From Octopus sinensis (taxonomy: Eukaryota), in assembly GCF_006345805.1 (NCBI RefSeq), contig NC_042998.1:25358001-25422000 (forward strand): DNA of 64,000 nucleotides, written 5' to 3'. Both the position numbers and the translations under genes were made by a program. The notes beneath the pieces are model-generated. The model worked only from the letters and a program-made list of their open reading frames with translations. It did no database searches and was not told the origin of the DNA. This document shows positions 38,141 through 50,467 of this stretch, one piece after another (the stretch's first letter is position 1; the number at the start of each line of letters is the position of its first letter).

Positions 38141-38548
38141 GGTGCAGGAGTGGCTGTGTGGTAAGTAGCTTGTTTACCAACCACATGGTTCCGGGTTCAG
38201 TGCCACTGTGTGACACTTTGGGCAAGTGTCTTCTACTATAGCCTCGGGCCAACCAAAGCCTTGTGAGTGGATTTGGTAGACGGAAACTGAAAGAAGCCCG
38301 TCGTATATATGTATATATATATATATGCGTGTGTGTTTGTGTATCTGTGTTTGTCCCCTTAGCATTGCTTGACAACCGATGCTGGTGTGGTTTATGTCCC
38401 CTTTACTTAGCGGTTCGGCAAAAGAGACCGATAGAATAAGTACTGGGCTTACAAAAGAATAAGTCCCGGGGTCGAGTTGCTCGATTAAGGCGGTGCTCCA
38501 GCATGGCCGCAGTCAAATGACTGAAACAAGTAAAAGAGTAAAAGAGTA
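38141..38548 (+). mobile_element. SINE family 2, full length
   Basis: ggtgcaggagtggctgtgtggtaag to gtaaaagagtaaaagagta. Confidence 0.9.
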
Positions 38549-38573
38549 TATAAATAAATAAGTATGATATATA

Positions 38574-38616
<43 letters not shown>

Positions 38617-38708
38617 TATATATTATATATATATATGTATGTCTATATAGTATTCTATTAAAGCTGCTGCAAAATTATCCCAGAACTGTTACTCACCATA
38701 TTCATCAC

Positions 38709-38749
38709 AACTGTCTGGTGAATGGAATGTGAAACTCTGAGTAACAGTT
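38709..38749 (+). ncRNA. Minimal type-I hammerhead-like motif (HH-C) within a 28-bp inverted repeat
   Basis: aactgt CTGGTGA atggaatgt GAAA CTCTGAG TA acagtt, with a perfect 6-bp stem I. Arms 38668-38695 and 38738-38765 match at 27/28. Confidence 0.65.
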
Positions 38750-39361
38750 CTGTGATAATTTTGCACCCTTAATAAAAAGCATATAGCTCTACCTTTTATA
38801 TTTGCATACTATTTTTTCCACCTTGTGTTGCACTTATATACTCACCTGTGTGTATGTAAATATATATATATATATATTCAATACATATAAAGGGTGAAAT
38901 ATAATTAATTTAATAAAATTAATAAATTTCACCTAGTAGTTTTTTTGTTATGGAAAGGACCATATTCGGTAAAAATTATACATAATTATAATAAAGGGTT
39001 ATTTGCAACAAGTTGCTTAAACCACATACCGAAAATATTAGAAATAGCAGCCAAATAGGTTATTAAATATATATATATATATATATACATCATACAAAAT
39101 ACAAGACATTATTTAGATTTTGGTGTATGTTTGTAAAGTTAAAAATCTAGATTTGTGATTTAAAAAAAAAAAACAGAAAAAAAATGAACATATATGTCTG
39201 TATGTGATATCATTAAGGGAATATGAGTTTCAACATCATAAGCATAAAAGCCCTTATGCACCTCAAAAGGTTGAAACTTTTTTCCTGTCCTCATAGAATA
39301 ATACGGTGTCTTGTGCTTTTCTTCTATTGTTTTCTTAATCACAATTCTGGATTATATACAC

Positions 39362-39660
39362 AAGTCGTCGTCGTTTAACGTCCGTTCTCCATGCTAGCAT
39401 GGGTTGGACGGTTCGACCGGGGTTCTGGGAAGCCAGAAGGCTGCACCAGGCTCCAGTCTAATCTGGCAATGTTTCTACAGCTGGATGCCCTTCCTAACGC
39501 CAACCACTCCGTGAGTGTAGTGGGTGCTTTTTACGTGCCACCTGCACAGGGCCAGGCGGGGCTGGCAACGGCCACGGTCATTGGTGTATTTTATGTGCCA
39601 CCGGCACGGAAGCCAGTCGAGGCGGTGCTGGCATCGGCCACGAGTCGGATAGTGCTTTTA
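39362..39660 (-). mobile_element. Family 3 element, young subfamily
   Basis: Near-identical to 57066-57410 (reverse complement); ORF-track translations are identical over the first 53 aa. Confidence 0.9.
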
Positions 39661-40011
39661 TGTGTGTTTATGTACAGAGGTACAGGTATGGTCGTATAGC
39701 AAAGAAGTTTACTTCAAGAGTGTGTGTACTTTCAGATTCTGTTACACAGTGTGGAAGCCCAGAATATATGATTCAGTGTATTCACACCCATTCGTCTACT
39801 GTGATGAATTTTCTCCATGAGAGAATACAATGAATGACTTCCTTACAGGTTCATTCAAATATGCCTCAAATATGCCTCAGGCTTATTTGAACTGGTAACA
39901 AGTTTTATTTGTACACATCACTACTTTGAGCTGTCAACCCAGATATATATATGTGTGTGTGTATCTGTATTATATATATTATATATATATATATATATAA
40001 TATATATATAT

Positions 40012-40067
<56 letters not shown>

Positions 40068-40097
40068 CATATACATTATATAATATATATATATATC

Positions 40098-40170
40098 CAT
40101 CTATCTATCTATCTATATCTATCTATCTGTCTATCTATCTGTCTATCTATATCTATCTATCTATCTGCTC

Positions 40171-40209
<39 letters not shown>

Positions 40210-40227
40210 ATCTATCTATCTACCTAC

Positions 40228-40278
<51 letters not shown>

Positions 40279-40323
40279 CCTACCTACCTACCTACCTACC
40301 TCCTATCTATCTATCTATCTATC

Positions 40324-40376
<53 letters not shown>

Positions 40377-40380
40377 CTAT
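40098..40380. repeat. (TATC)n/(TACC)n microsatellite
   Basis: Direct inspection. Confidence 0.95.
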
Positions 40381-40404
40381 CTATATATATATATTATATA
40401 TATA

Positions 40405-40552
40405 TCATCATCATCATTTAACGTCTGCTTTCCATGCTAGCATGGGTTGGACGGTTCAACTGGGGTCTGGGGAGCCCGAAGGCTGCACCAGGCCAGTCAG
40501 ATCTGGCAGTGTTTCTACAGCTGGATGCCCTTCCTAACGCCAACCACTCCGA
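40405..40552 (-). mobile_element. Family 3 3' part
   Basis: catcatcatttaacgtctgctttccatgc...cctaacgccaaccactcc. Confidence 0.85.
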
Positions 40553-40559
40553 ATATATA

Positions 40560-40790
40560 TATTGATAGAAATGGTAAGACAACAAAAGAATGAAAGAGAC
40601 CTCGATATTATGTAAATAGAGGAATTTATCTGTGAAAGTAATATGTGACAATTATTCGGTAGCCATAATAAAACTCTGAGTTTCGGATGCTGAGGTGGAA
40701 ATTCAGCATCCGGAGAGATGGTAGCGTGGATTTCCACCTCAGCATCCAAAACTCGGAGTTTTATCATGGTTACCGAATAAGTGTCATATA
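40560..40790. mobile_element. Family HH-B palindromic element (hammerhead cores collapsed)
   Basis: Same leader as 36128 and 44978; long inverted arms ggtagcca..aaaactc.gag.ttcggatgctgaggtggaaat / atttccacctcagcatcc..actcggagttttatcatggttacc. Confidence 0.7.
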
Positions 40791-41143
40791 TATATATATA
40801 TATATTATATGCGCATATTCTTCTTTTTATTTGTTTCAGTTATTTGACTGTGGCTATGCTGGAGATCTGCCTTTAGTCAAACAAATCAACCTCAGGACTT
40901 ATGATTTGTAAACTTAATACTCAGACACAAAGTTTCAGACACATAGATATATATATATACAGCAGGCTCTTGATCAACCCAGTGTTATAGAAAACACCTG
41001 CCCATGGTGTCATGCAGTAGGACTGAACCTGGAACCAAGTGGTTGGGAAGCAAACTCCTTACCTCACAGCCAGACTTGACCTTATGTTAATTCCATTTAT
41101 TGGCTTTTTTTTAGTTTTTAAATTGAATTTATCTCAGTATATA

Positions 41144-41305
41144 GGCACAGTAATGGTTGTGTGGTAAGTAGCTTGATTACCAACCACATGGTTCTGGGTT
41201 CAGTCCCATTGCATGGCACCTTGTGCAAGTGTCTTCTACTATAGCCTCGGGCCAACCAAGCCTTGTGAGTGGATTCGTAGGTGGAAACTGAAAGAAGCCT
41301 GTCAT

Positions 41306-41401
<96 letters not shown>

Positions 41402-41595
41402 TGTTTGTGTGTCTGTGTTTGTCCCCCCAACATCGCTTGACAACCGATGCTGGTGTGTTTACATCCCTGTAACTCAGCGGTTTGGCAAAAGAGACAGAAT
41501 AAGTCCTGGAGTCGATTTGCTTGACTAAAGGCGGTGCTCCAGCATGGCCACAGTCAAATGGCTGAAACAAGTTAAAGAGTAAAAGAGTAAAGAGT
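41144..41595 (+). mobile_element. SINE family 2 with expanded internal microsatellite
   Basis: Colinear with the consensus. Confidence 0.85.
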
Positions 41596-42112
41596 ATATA
41601 ACTGGTTATAATTTCAGCCACTTTGGAGAAATATATACAAAAAAAAAAAAGAAGAAGAAGAAAGCAATTCTATCTGGCAAAAATTTGAACTTAAAACATT
41701 AAAGAATGTAACTAACATTTTGCAAAGTGAATAAGTCTGATACAATTTCTCCTGTCTTCAAAAACTTAAAATGAAGAAATAACTTGCAAGAGACAAAGAA
41801 GATAATTACTTTTGATAACTGACATGATTAAATGTTGATAGAAATCTAATAATTTTCTTTTTTGTTGATAGCAGCCAGGGAACATCAAATAATGAGATAC
41901 ACCATATAATTATCTAACCCATCACATGAAATTTATGCTACAATACAACATAGATTACTTCTTTTATATCAAATTGTTGCCTTGGTAAATATAGCATTTT
42001 TTTTTTGACTAATAACAAAATTTTTTTTTTTCCTCAGCAAGAAAAATAATGCTGCAAAGGAAAATATAATTTTTAATTTTATTGGATTACATGAGAGTCT
42101 TGTAAATATATA

Positions 42113-42547
42113 GGCGCAGGAGTGGCTGTGTGGTAAGTAGCTTGTTTACCAACCACATGGTTCCAGGTTCAGTCCCACTGCGTGGCATCTTGGGCAAGTG
42201 TCTTCTGCTATAGCCCTGGGCCGACCAATACCTTGTGAGTGGATTTGGTAGACGGAAACTGAAAGAAGCCTGTCGTATATATATGTATATATATATATGT
42301 ATGTGTGTGTATGTGTTTGTGTGTCTGTGTTTGTGTGTCTGTGTTTGTCCCCCTAGCATTGCTTTACAACCGATGCTGGTGTGTTTACGTCCCCGTCATT
42401 TAGCGGTTCGGCAAAAGAGACCGATAGAATAAGTACTGGGCTTACAAAGAATAAGTCTCGGGGTCGATTTGTTTGACTAAAGGCGATGCTCCAGCATGGC
42501 CGCAGTCAAATGACTGAAACAAGTAAAAGAGTAAAGAGTAAAGAGTA
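42113..42547 (+). mobile_element. SINE family 2, full length
   Basis: ggcgcaggagtggctgtgtggtaag to gtaaaagagtaaagagta. Confidence 0.9.
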
Positions 42548-43840
42548 TATAAGGAAGCAATGTACTTCACCATCAGAATTTCAGAGAAATACATTCATAT
42601 GAATCCTACTTTTAGTTCTAGATAGAATATAAAAATAAAACTGGTAATGTTCTGCAGTAACAAACTGCACATCTTGCCAAGATGTGTTTAAACACATTGT
42701 ATCCTATATACTTATATGAGTCATCAGAAAAATCTGTATTACATTTGAAAACACACATAAAATTATATCTATGCCTGGCTCTCTCCCTCTCTCTCCCTCT
42801 CATTCACCCTGTCCCTCTCTACATGCAAATATATTTATTATTCATGTATTCATGAATTTAAAATAAAAACACTTAATCTCCAAACATCTCCTTTTTATGT
42901 ACAAACTAAAGTGTACATATATTCACACAAAAACGTTGGGAAACTCAGTGTTTGTATACATGCAAATATAAGTGACACATTCCTACACATGCATTTTTAT
43001 CTGCTTGTTCACTGACATAAATAAAGCAAGAAAATATATTACGTTGGTTGCATTCATTTCTTTCTTCTTCTTCTCATTCATTCTTCCCTTCTTTCTGTTT
43101 TCTTTTTTTTATTCTCGTTTCTTTATTATTTCCAAGAAGAATGAGTGCAAAGCAATTTGATACATCTCAGTTCTATCATTCAAGTAGATCCAGCAAGCTT
43201 CTAACAGGATGTTCATAACTAACAGCTTTAAGCTATATGGAAAGAAATAATCACTGTCCTATCCCTATGGGAGAAACATAAAAAGAATGAAATATTTATG
43301 CCATATTACCAGTGAAATGAAATATAAATCACAAGATGAAAGAGTGGAAAAAAATTGCCTTGAGGATTATACAACCAACGAGAAAAATTCATGAATATCA
43401 TTACAATGAAAATTAAATTTTATTGAAATTTCACTGAGAATCAGGAAATATGAAGAGCGCTGTTGATCTACTTAGAAATTCAATTATTAAGAAAAGAGTG
43501 GAGTATTCCATAAAATTCATTCATCAGCTGAAAATTTGGATGTTATAGGAGATAAATCATCATTAGTATTGCCAATGTGCAAAAAGGAAGGAAAAAAAAA
43601 TTAACTCCTACCTATATAGCCTGTTAATGAAATTTATCTTCCTCATTGCCAGAGGCTGCATTAAGTTATAATTGATGTTGTTAGTGCTACCCACATATCT
43701 CTTAGCTTTTTTCACACATACACACACATATATATATATGGTCTTGTGAGACAATCGGATGCCTCTGATGAAAACATATACATATATACATACTCACACA
43801 CACACACACACACACATACATATATGTATGTATATATATG

Positions 43841-43871
<31 letters not shown>

Positions 43872-44093
43872 GTGTGTGTGTATCTTATATGTGTGGGTGT
43901 ATAATATATATATGTGTGTATATTATATTTTTACATATATATATATATGTGTGTGTATGCATATATATATGTATCTATATATATATATATATATGTTTAT
44001 ATATATTATGTGTCTATACATATATGTTTATATATATATTATATATATATATGTGTTTATACATATATTTATATATATATTAATACTACATAT

Positions 44094-44126
<33 letters not shown>

Positions 44127-44634
44127 GATATATATTTATATATATATATTAAGAAAAAAGAGATAGAATTTTTCATAATTATTTATTTAGTGCTTTCGTC
44201 TCATTTCAGACAATCCAAACTGACAATGTTCTGAAATTAATAATCATTCAAAATTCTGACTTCCATTTTATTTTTTTTTAATATATTTATATATAAATCA
44301 ATACACTACTTCAAACAATCTCAACACACACAGACACGTTGGCATTAGGAAGGGTGTCCAGCTACAGAAACTTGGACAAACCAAATGCTGCGGACAAGTG
44401 TAACCTCTGGCTAGTCAGACCATTCAAAACATGTCAGCACACACAAATATCAAGACAAGGCACATGTATAATGTATATAAATGTAAATGTGTATGAATAC
44501 ACATGTATGCTTATGAGTGTGTGAGTGTGTACATGTGCATGTGTGTGTATGCGTGTGTGCGTGTGCGTGTGTGTGTATGTGTATGTATATATATATATTA
44601 TATATATATATATAATATATATATTGATAGAAAT

Positions 44635-44977
44635 ATAGGTGCATGGTTCAGTGGTTAGAGCGTCGAGCTTACGATCGTGAGGTTGTGAGCTCGAATCCCG
44701 GACCGGGCTGCGTGTTGTTTTCTTGAGCAAGGCACTTTATTTCATGTTGCTCCAGTTCACTCAGCTGTAGAAATGAGTTGCGACGTCACTGGTGCCAAGC
44801 TGTATCGACCTTTGTCTTTCCCTTGGATAACACTGGTGGTGTGGAGAGGGGAGGCTGGTATGCATGGGCGACTGCTGGTCTTCCATAAACAACCTTGCCC
44901 GGACTTGTGTCTAGGAGGGTAACTTTCTAGGTGCAATCCCATGGTCATTCATGACCGAAGGGGGTCTTTACCCTTTT
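44635..44977 (+). mobile_element. SINE family 4, full length
   Basis: tggttcagtggttagagc A box, gctcgaatccc B box, ttcttgagcaaggcactttatttc domain; 13-bp TSD tattgatagaaat at 44622-44634 and 44978-44990. Confidence 0.9.
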
Positions 44978-45084
44978 TATTGATAGAAATGATAAGACAA
45001 CAAAAGAATGAAAGAGACCTTGATATTATGTAAATAGAGAAATTTATCTGTAAAATTAATATGTGACTATTATTCAGTAGCTAT

Positions 45085-45145
45085 GATAAAACTCCGAATT
45101 TCGGATGTCAGAGCAGAAACCCAAGCCGCTATCTCTTCAGTTATC
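45085..45145 (-). ncRNA. Type-I hammerhead-like motif, canonical core
   Basis: gataa CTGAAGA gat...atc c GAAA TTCGGAG TT ttatc; perfect 5-bp stem I. Confidence 0.65.
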
Positions 45146-45156
45146 CGGTCGGCCAT

Positions 45157-45209
45157 ATAATTGAAGAGATGGCGGAAGGGGTTTCCGTCCCGAAACTCAG
45201 AGTTTTATC
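45157..45209 (+). ncRNA. Type-I hammerhead-like motif (C3 to U)
   Basis: ataa TTGAAGA gatggcggaaggggtttccgtccc GAAA CTCAGAG TT ttatc. Confidence 0.5.
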
Positions 45210-46498
45210 ATGGCTACCAAATAATTGTCACATATTAATTTTACAGGTATATATATATATATATATATCTTCTGTTTCATGGCCAACGTGACGATCACAT
45301 GCTACAAACCTTCCTTCCAAGCACTGGTGTAAACAGCAGGAGTAAGCTAGATCGTTAAAACTTAGTGTGCATGTACGGTAGAGTTTAAGGTTAATCTGTG
45401 CCAAGCAGCTTCATTCTGCATGCTTTAGCTTCGTTACTATGGCAATAGTCCGGATACTTATTGATCAGACCATACATGTACCCAGTCTTTGCTTTGTTTT
45501 CTTTTTTCTTGTTTCTTCAATGTTCATTTTTATTAACTATACATGCCACAATATATGGATTCAACTAATCTGGAGACATTCATAAAAAAACCTCCTTAAT
45601 GTATCATTCTACAAAATATATACGTTATGTAGTCTGATACAAGAGGAGAGAAATAGTACAATGAGATTTAATATGCCATTAGAAATATTCTATTTCATTA
45701 CAAATTGTTCCACAACGTAAAGCATGTAAAGATAATTTATTATATTTAGTAATGAAGAAATTACTTAGATGTTAGCATTAATACAAATAATCCTTTAAAA
45801 CAATGCAGAAATTAAGCTACATCTGCAGGTCAATATATATATAAATAGATTAGTTTATGTTTACCTTGTTAACAATTAACACGGAAAAAATAAATAAATA
45901 AATAAATAGTTACCAGGGCAGCAAAAATTCTTTTGAATAGTATCAGTGGAATTTTCGAAACATGTGTCGAAAGTAAAAATATTTGATTATACCTGCGTTA
46001 ACTCCATTTTTTATTCATATATATATATATATATGCATATTATATAGGTGCAGAGCCTCACTTAACACAGTTCTTGCAACAAAAAATTCCAAATAAAATA
46101 AACTTTTTTTGTTGTTCCCATCAAATTCCACACAATTAGAAAAAGAAATGTTTCAGTCAGTAGCTCTTCGTTTTATATGCTTATCCATTCCTTTCAGACA
46201 CCTCATCATTTCAACCCACTTCCATGCATATATCTCAAGATGGACTCTGGTTTGTTTAAAATTCAGTTAATCTTGCTACTTTCTGTGGCACTGTGGAGAA
46301 TACAAATCATCAATTATCCAATTGATCTTATATATGTGTGTATATATATATGTATATATATATATATATATCTATATATATATATATAGAGTGAGAGAGA
46401 GAGAGATACACATACATACATATATATATATAATATATTTATTTATTCATTTATCTATATATATAGAGAGAGAGATATAGATACATACACATATACAC

Positions 46499-46539
<41 letters not shown>

Positions 46540-46715
46540 CATACATATTTACTTATTTATCTATTTATATATATATATTTACTTATGTGTTTGTATGTCT
46601 GTGTGCACATATATATACGTATATATGGAGGGGTAGACATGTGTATGTATGCGTGTATACATATATTTTGTTTTAAAACAAAAAGGTTGAATAACACTTC
46701 GAAGTTCTCACTGTG

Positions 46716-47492
46716 TTGGGCAAAAATGGGTTCCTCACAAATTTTCTGAGTCGAATCACATGCAGAGGGTGAATGTGTGCTCTTGTTTGCTGTCATGTCC
46801 TCTGAATGAATCTTTTTTTGGACCAAATAGTGACTGCTGATGAGAAATGGGTTCTCCATAAAAATGTCAAGTGTGGAAGACCGTGGGTAGGGAAGGGAGA
46901 AAGACCAGCACCCCAGGCTAAAGAAGGTCGTCACTCACATAAGGAGTTGTTATCTCTTTGGTGGGATATGAAAGGTTTAGTCCAATTTGAACTTTTAAAC
47001 TCAAATCAAACAAGAACAAAGGAGATCTACTGCAAGCAGCTTAAGTGGCTTAAGTCAGTGCTAGAAGAAAAACAACCATCTTTGGTTTCGAGACGAAAGG
47101 TGTCTTCCATCAGGATAATGCTTGGCCGCATACAGCAAATATGACATTCCAAAGGCTGGAGCAGTTTGAATGGGAAATGATATCCCACCTACCATATTCG
47201 CTGGACATTGCCCCATCTGATTATCATTTTGTCAGCAGTCTTCAAAATCATTTGGATGAAAAAATATGAATTCTGTAGATGAGGTCAGAACAGTACTGGA
47301 GCAATATTTTTCATCACAGATAAGTGAATTTTGGAAGAGGGGCCTTGAAAGTTTACCAGAAAGATGGAAGAGCATTGTAGAACATGAAGGAGATTATATC
47401 TTAGATTAAAAAAGAACTTTGTCTATCTTAAATTTGAAAAATAAAATAAAAGATATATAAAAATATCACATTATTTATAGGATGACCCAATA
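46716..47492 (+). mobile_element. Mariner (DD34D) transposon, 5'-truncated pseudogene with right TIR
   Basis: KWVPH..IVTADEKWVLH..LWWDMKG..FHQDNA.PHT..PYSLDIAPSDYH..LPERW with frameshifts; ends ggatgacccaaTA. Confidence 0.92.
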
Positions 47493-48114
47493 TATAGATA
47501 TATAGATGTAAATATATATACACATATATTTATACACCTCCATATATGTATGCATATCTCTCTCCCTCTTTCTCAACATATATATATATAATATATATAT
47601 ACATAAGTGTGTGTATGTGTGTGTATACATATATACATATAAACACGTATGTATGTGTGCATGAGTGAGGTTTCCCCAAAATTACACCTGCCCTAATTTT
47701 TAGACACTCATCAATAGTTACATTAGTATGAACATAGCTTGAAATTCAAAGGCGGAGAGGGTAATAAAATTTAGTGATGATACACCTTTGTGGTTTGCGG
47801 TTGTCTTATCTATGTAACTTATATTTCTCATGATTTCTAAAGGAAGGGAAATGCAGATATAAATATATTATTAATGACTAACATAAAAAGATATCTCTTG
47901 TTGATTTGGTGATAAGATGGGAATTTAACTCTAAGGAATATAACTAAATTATAAATCAATTGCTGAGATTTTTTGTCTTCTCAAGTAAACAATATTAAAT
48001 AGGTTACACTTATCGAAAATAGCTCTGATTCAGATCAAGCCATTTCGTTCAATGCAGACCACATGAAAATAGAGCACAAAATGAGGATGATGATGATGAT
48101 TACATATATATATT

Positions 48115-48780
48115 TATCATTATCATCATCATCATCATTTAATGTCTGTGTTCCATGCTAGCTTAGGTGGAGCGGTAGCACAAGAGCTGGCCAGGCCGAA
48201 GCCTGTACCTGACTTCTGGGACTGTTTTAGCAGGAATTTTACAGCTGGATGCCCTTCCTAACACCAACCTCCTGTCAGATTGGACTTAGTGCTTTTCATG
48301 TGGAACAAACACAGGTGAGGTGTGTAGTGCTTTTTATGGGGTACAAGCACAGACGAGGTCAGTTGTGGCAAGGTTTTTACAGCTGGATGCCCTTCCTAAC
48401 ACTAACCACTCTGCAGATTTAACTTAGTGCCTTTTACATGACCAAACACAGGCTAGGTCAGTTTTGGCAAGGTTTTTACAGCTGGATGCCCTTCCTAACA
48501 CTAACCACTCAGCAGAGTGGACTTAGTGCTTTTTACATAATATAAGTACAGGCGAGGTGTGTAGTGCTTTTTAAGGGGCACAAGCACAGACGAGGTCAGT
48601 TTTGGCAGAATTTTTACAGCTCGATGCCCTTCTGAACACCAACCACTTTACAGTGTGGACTGGGTGCTTTTAAGTGGCACTTGCCCCGACAGGGTCACAA
48701 AGTACCTTCAAGACAAAAACTTTTAAAAGGGGAGGAGGCACTGGAGAAGGTGATGATGAAAAGGTTATAGTGAGACAGAT
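48115..48780 (-). mobile_element. Family 3 element with internal tandem amplification
   Basis: acagctggatgcccttcctaaca block at 48241, 48379, 48478 and 48616. Confidence 0.75.
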
Positions 48781-49320
48781 ACAGGTCTATCTTATATGAA
48801 CTTATTTTGCTATTTACATCGTATATTAAGACATGACAAACTATAATTATATAACTAGAAGTTTCGCATAGTCGAGATAATGTACATGCTTTATTCATAA
48901 TTGAAATAATTCTGTCATTAAGTACTTAAGATGTCTATATGAAAGGTGAACTTGTTAATTGAGTTGTGAAAAGATCCCGAGTGAAGGTGCACAGCAGAAT
49001 ATTGTGGGTTGAATATGCAACTGCACATTCTCTATGTAGCAGAAACACACACGTCAGATATCTTAACTAACTTTGTTGTATAATTAGCTGTCAAAATTAA
49101 AACAAAAATTTGAAGATGTACCGGTCTCTATAATCTTTGTAATTGTTTTGTATTTACCCTCCCTAAAATATTCATAATCCAGCAAAGTGAACCCAAATTT
49201 ACCTATCAGAAGAATTACAATGGGATTGCTCACCCTAAGGGATCCTTGGGCTAGAGTTTTTCTACAGTGATGTTTTACAGTCAGTTGCTTTTCTGTCACC
49301 AACTATTTTAGTTGCCTCTT

Positions 49321-49531
49321 GTTGTTGTTGTTGTTGTTGTTAAGCAACAAGATGGGTAAGGGTGATTAGGCGATGGTCTAGGGCTTAGGGGCAGGAGACC
49401 CCAGACCTTGGGAAAAAAACTTTGGTCATCTTGTTGTAGTCGAGGGCTCTTCGTTGACACCTGACACCACTGGGAGGTGGCCCTCAAAGTTGCTGGAAAT
49501 GGAAATCTCCATGTCCAAATTCTTGAACGGC
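49321..49531 (-). mobile_element. 5'-truncated non-LTR retroelement 3' end with (CAA)n tail
   Basis: (GTT)n at the left; TSD tagttgcctctt at 49309-49320 and 49532-49543. Confidence 0.75.
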
Positions 49532-49908
49532 TAGTTGCCTCTTGGAGCATGCAGGGACATGTGGTACCTATTCTAAAACCAGGATACAAATAGTAATAAA
49601 AATTCACTTTTATATTCAATGACATTTACATCTTCCTAGAAGCGAAAGAGAGCTTTTCGAAATGATCTAAGAATTTTATAATTATTAATTTTTTACTTTA
49701 CTTATTATCTTACTTGTACCTATCACATAATGCAGAAGCTGGAGAACACGTGGGAGCCCTTATGGTACCCACCTGGATAATTTATCCCCTCATACTCATC
49801 AGAATTTTGGAGCCTTGTACTTATTTTATCAACCCCCATTCCAAATTGTTAATATATAATTAAACAAACCTAATGACTGAGCAGCTGTACAAACTAGCAA
49901 ACAGTATA

Positions 49909-50467
49909 TATTGGGTTGTCCGGAAAGCTCATGCCGATTTTTAAAGGAAAGAAAAGGGTCAATAAATACTTGCTAATCAACCAAATATGAACCATTTTGT
50001 TACCCAATGCGTCTCCATCTTTCCTTTAACTCGAAAATACCCTCTTCCCAGAATTGAGGTGGTTTCATGGCAAAGATTTCATCAAGGTATCTTTTAACGT
50101 TATCCAAAGAATTGAAATTTTTACCATTAAGACTATTCTGCCGAGACCTGAATAAGTGGAAATCCAAAGGAGCAATATCTGGTGAATATAGAGGGTGGGG
50201 TAACACATCCCAGCCAAGCTGCAGCAATTTTTTTCTGGTTCCCAAAGCATCAAGTGTCAAAAATGAACTTTCTTATTTTCCATTTTAAAGTGTTACAGAA
50301 TTAACACAGGTTATAGGAACATAAACCTTCTTCCACGAAAAGATAGCTTAAACTGTGCTCTAAATGGAGGTGTAGTCAAATCCTATTTTATGGACTCAAC
50401 CATGTTCTAAAATAAGTCGAAAGGTAAGCTACTATAAATCGGCACAAACTTTCCGGATAACCCAATA
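49909..50467 (-). mobile_element. Internally deleted mariner with both TIRs
   Basis: TIRs tattgggttgtccggaaagctcatgccgattt / aaatcggcacaaactttccggataacccaata; ORF remnant LGWDVLPHPLYSPDIAPLDFHLFRS...ERW. Confidence 0.92.

Larger units (their letters stand above)
44978..45246. mobile_element. Family HH-B element with head-to-head hammerhead pair
   Basis: Outer 20-bp perfect inverted repeat 45048-45067/45227-45246; hammerhead motifs on both strands. Confidence 0.75.
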
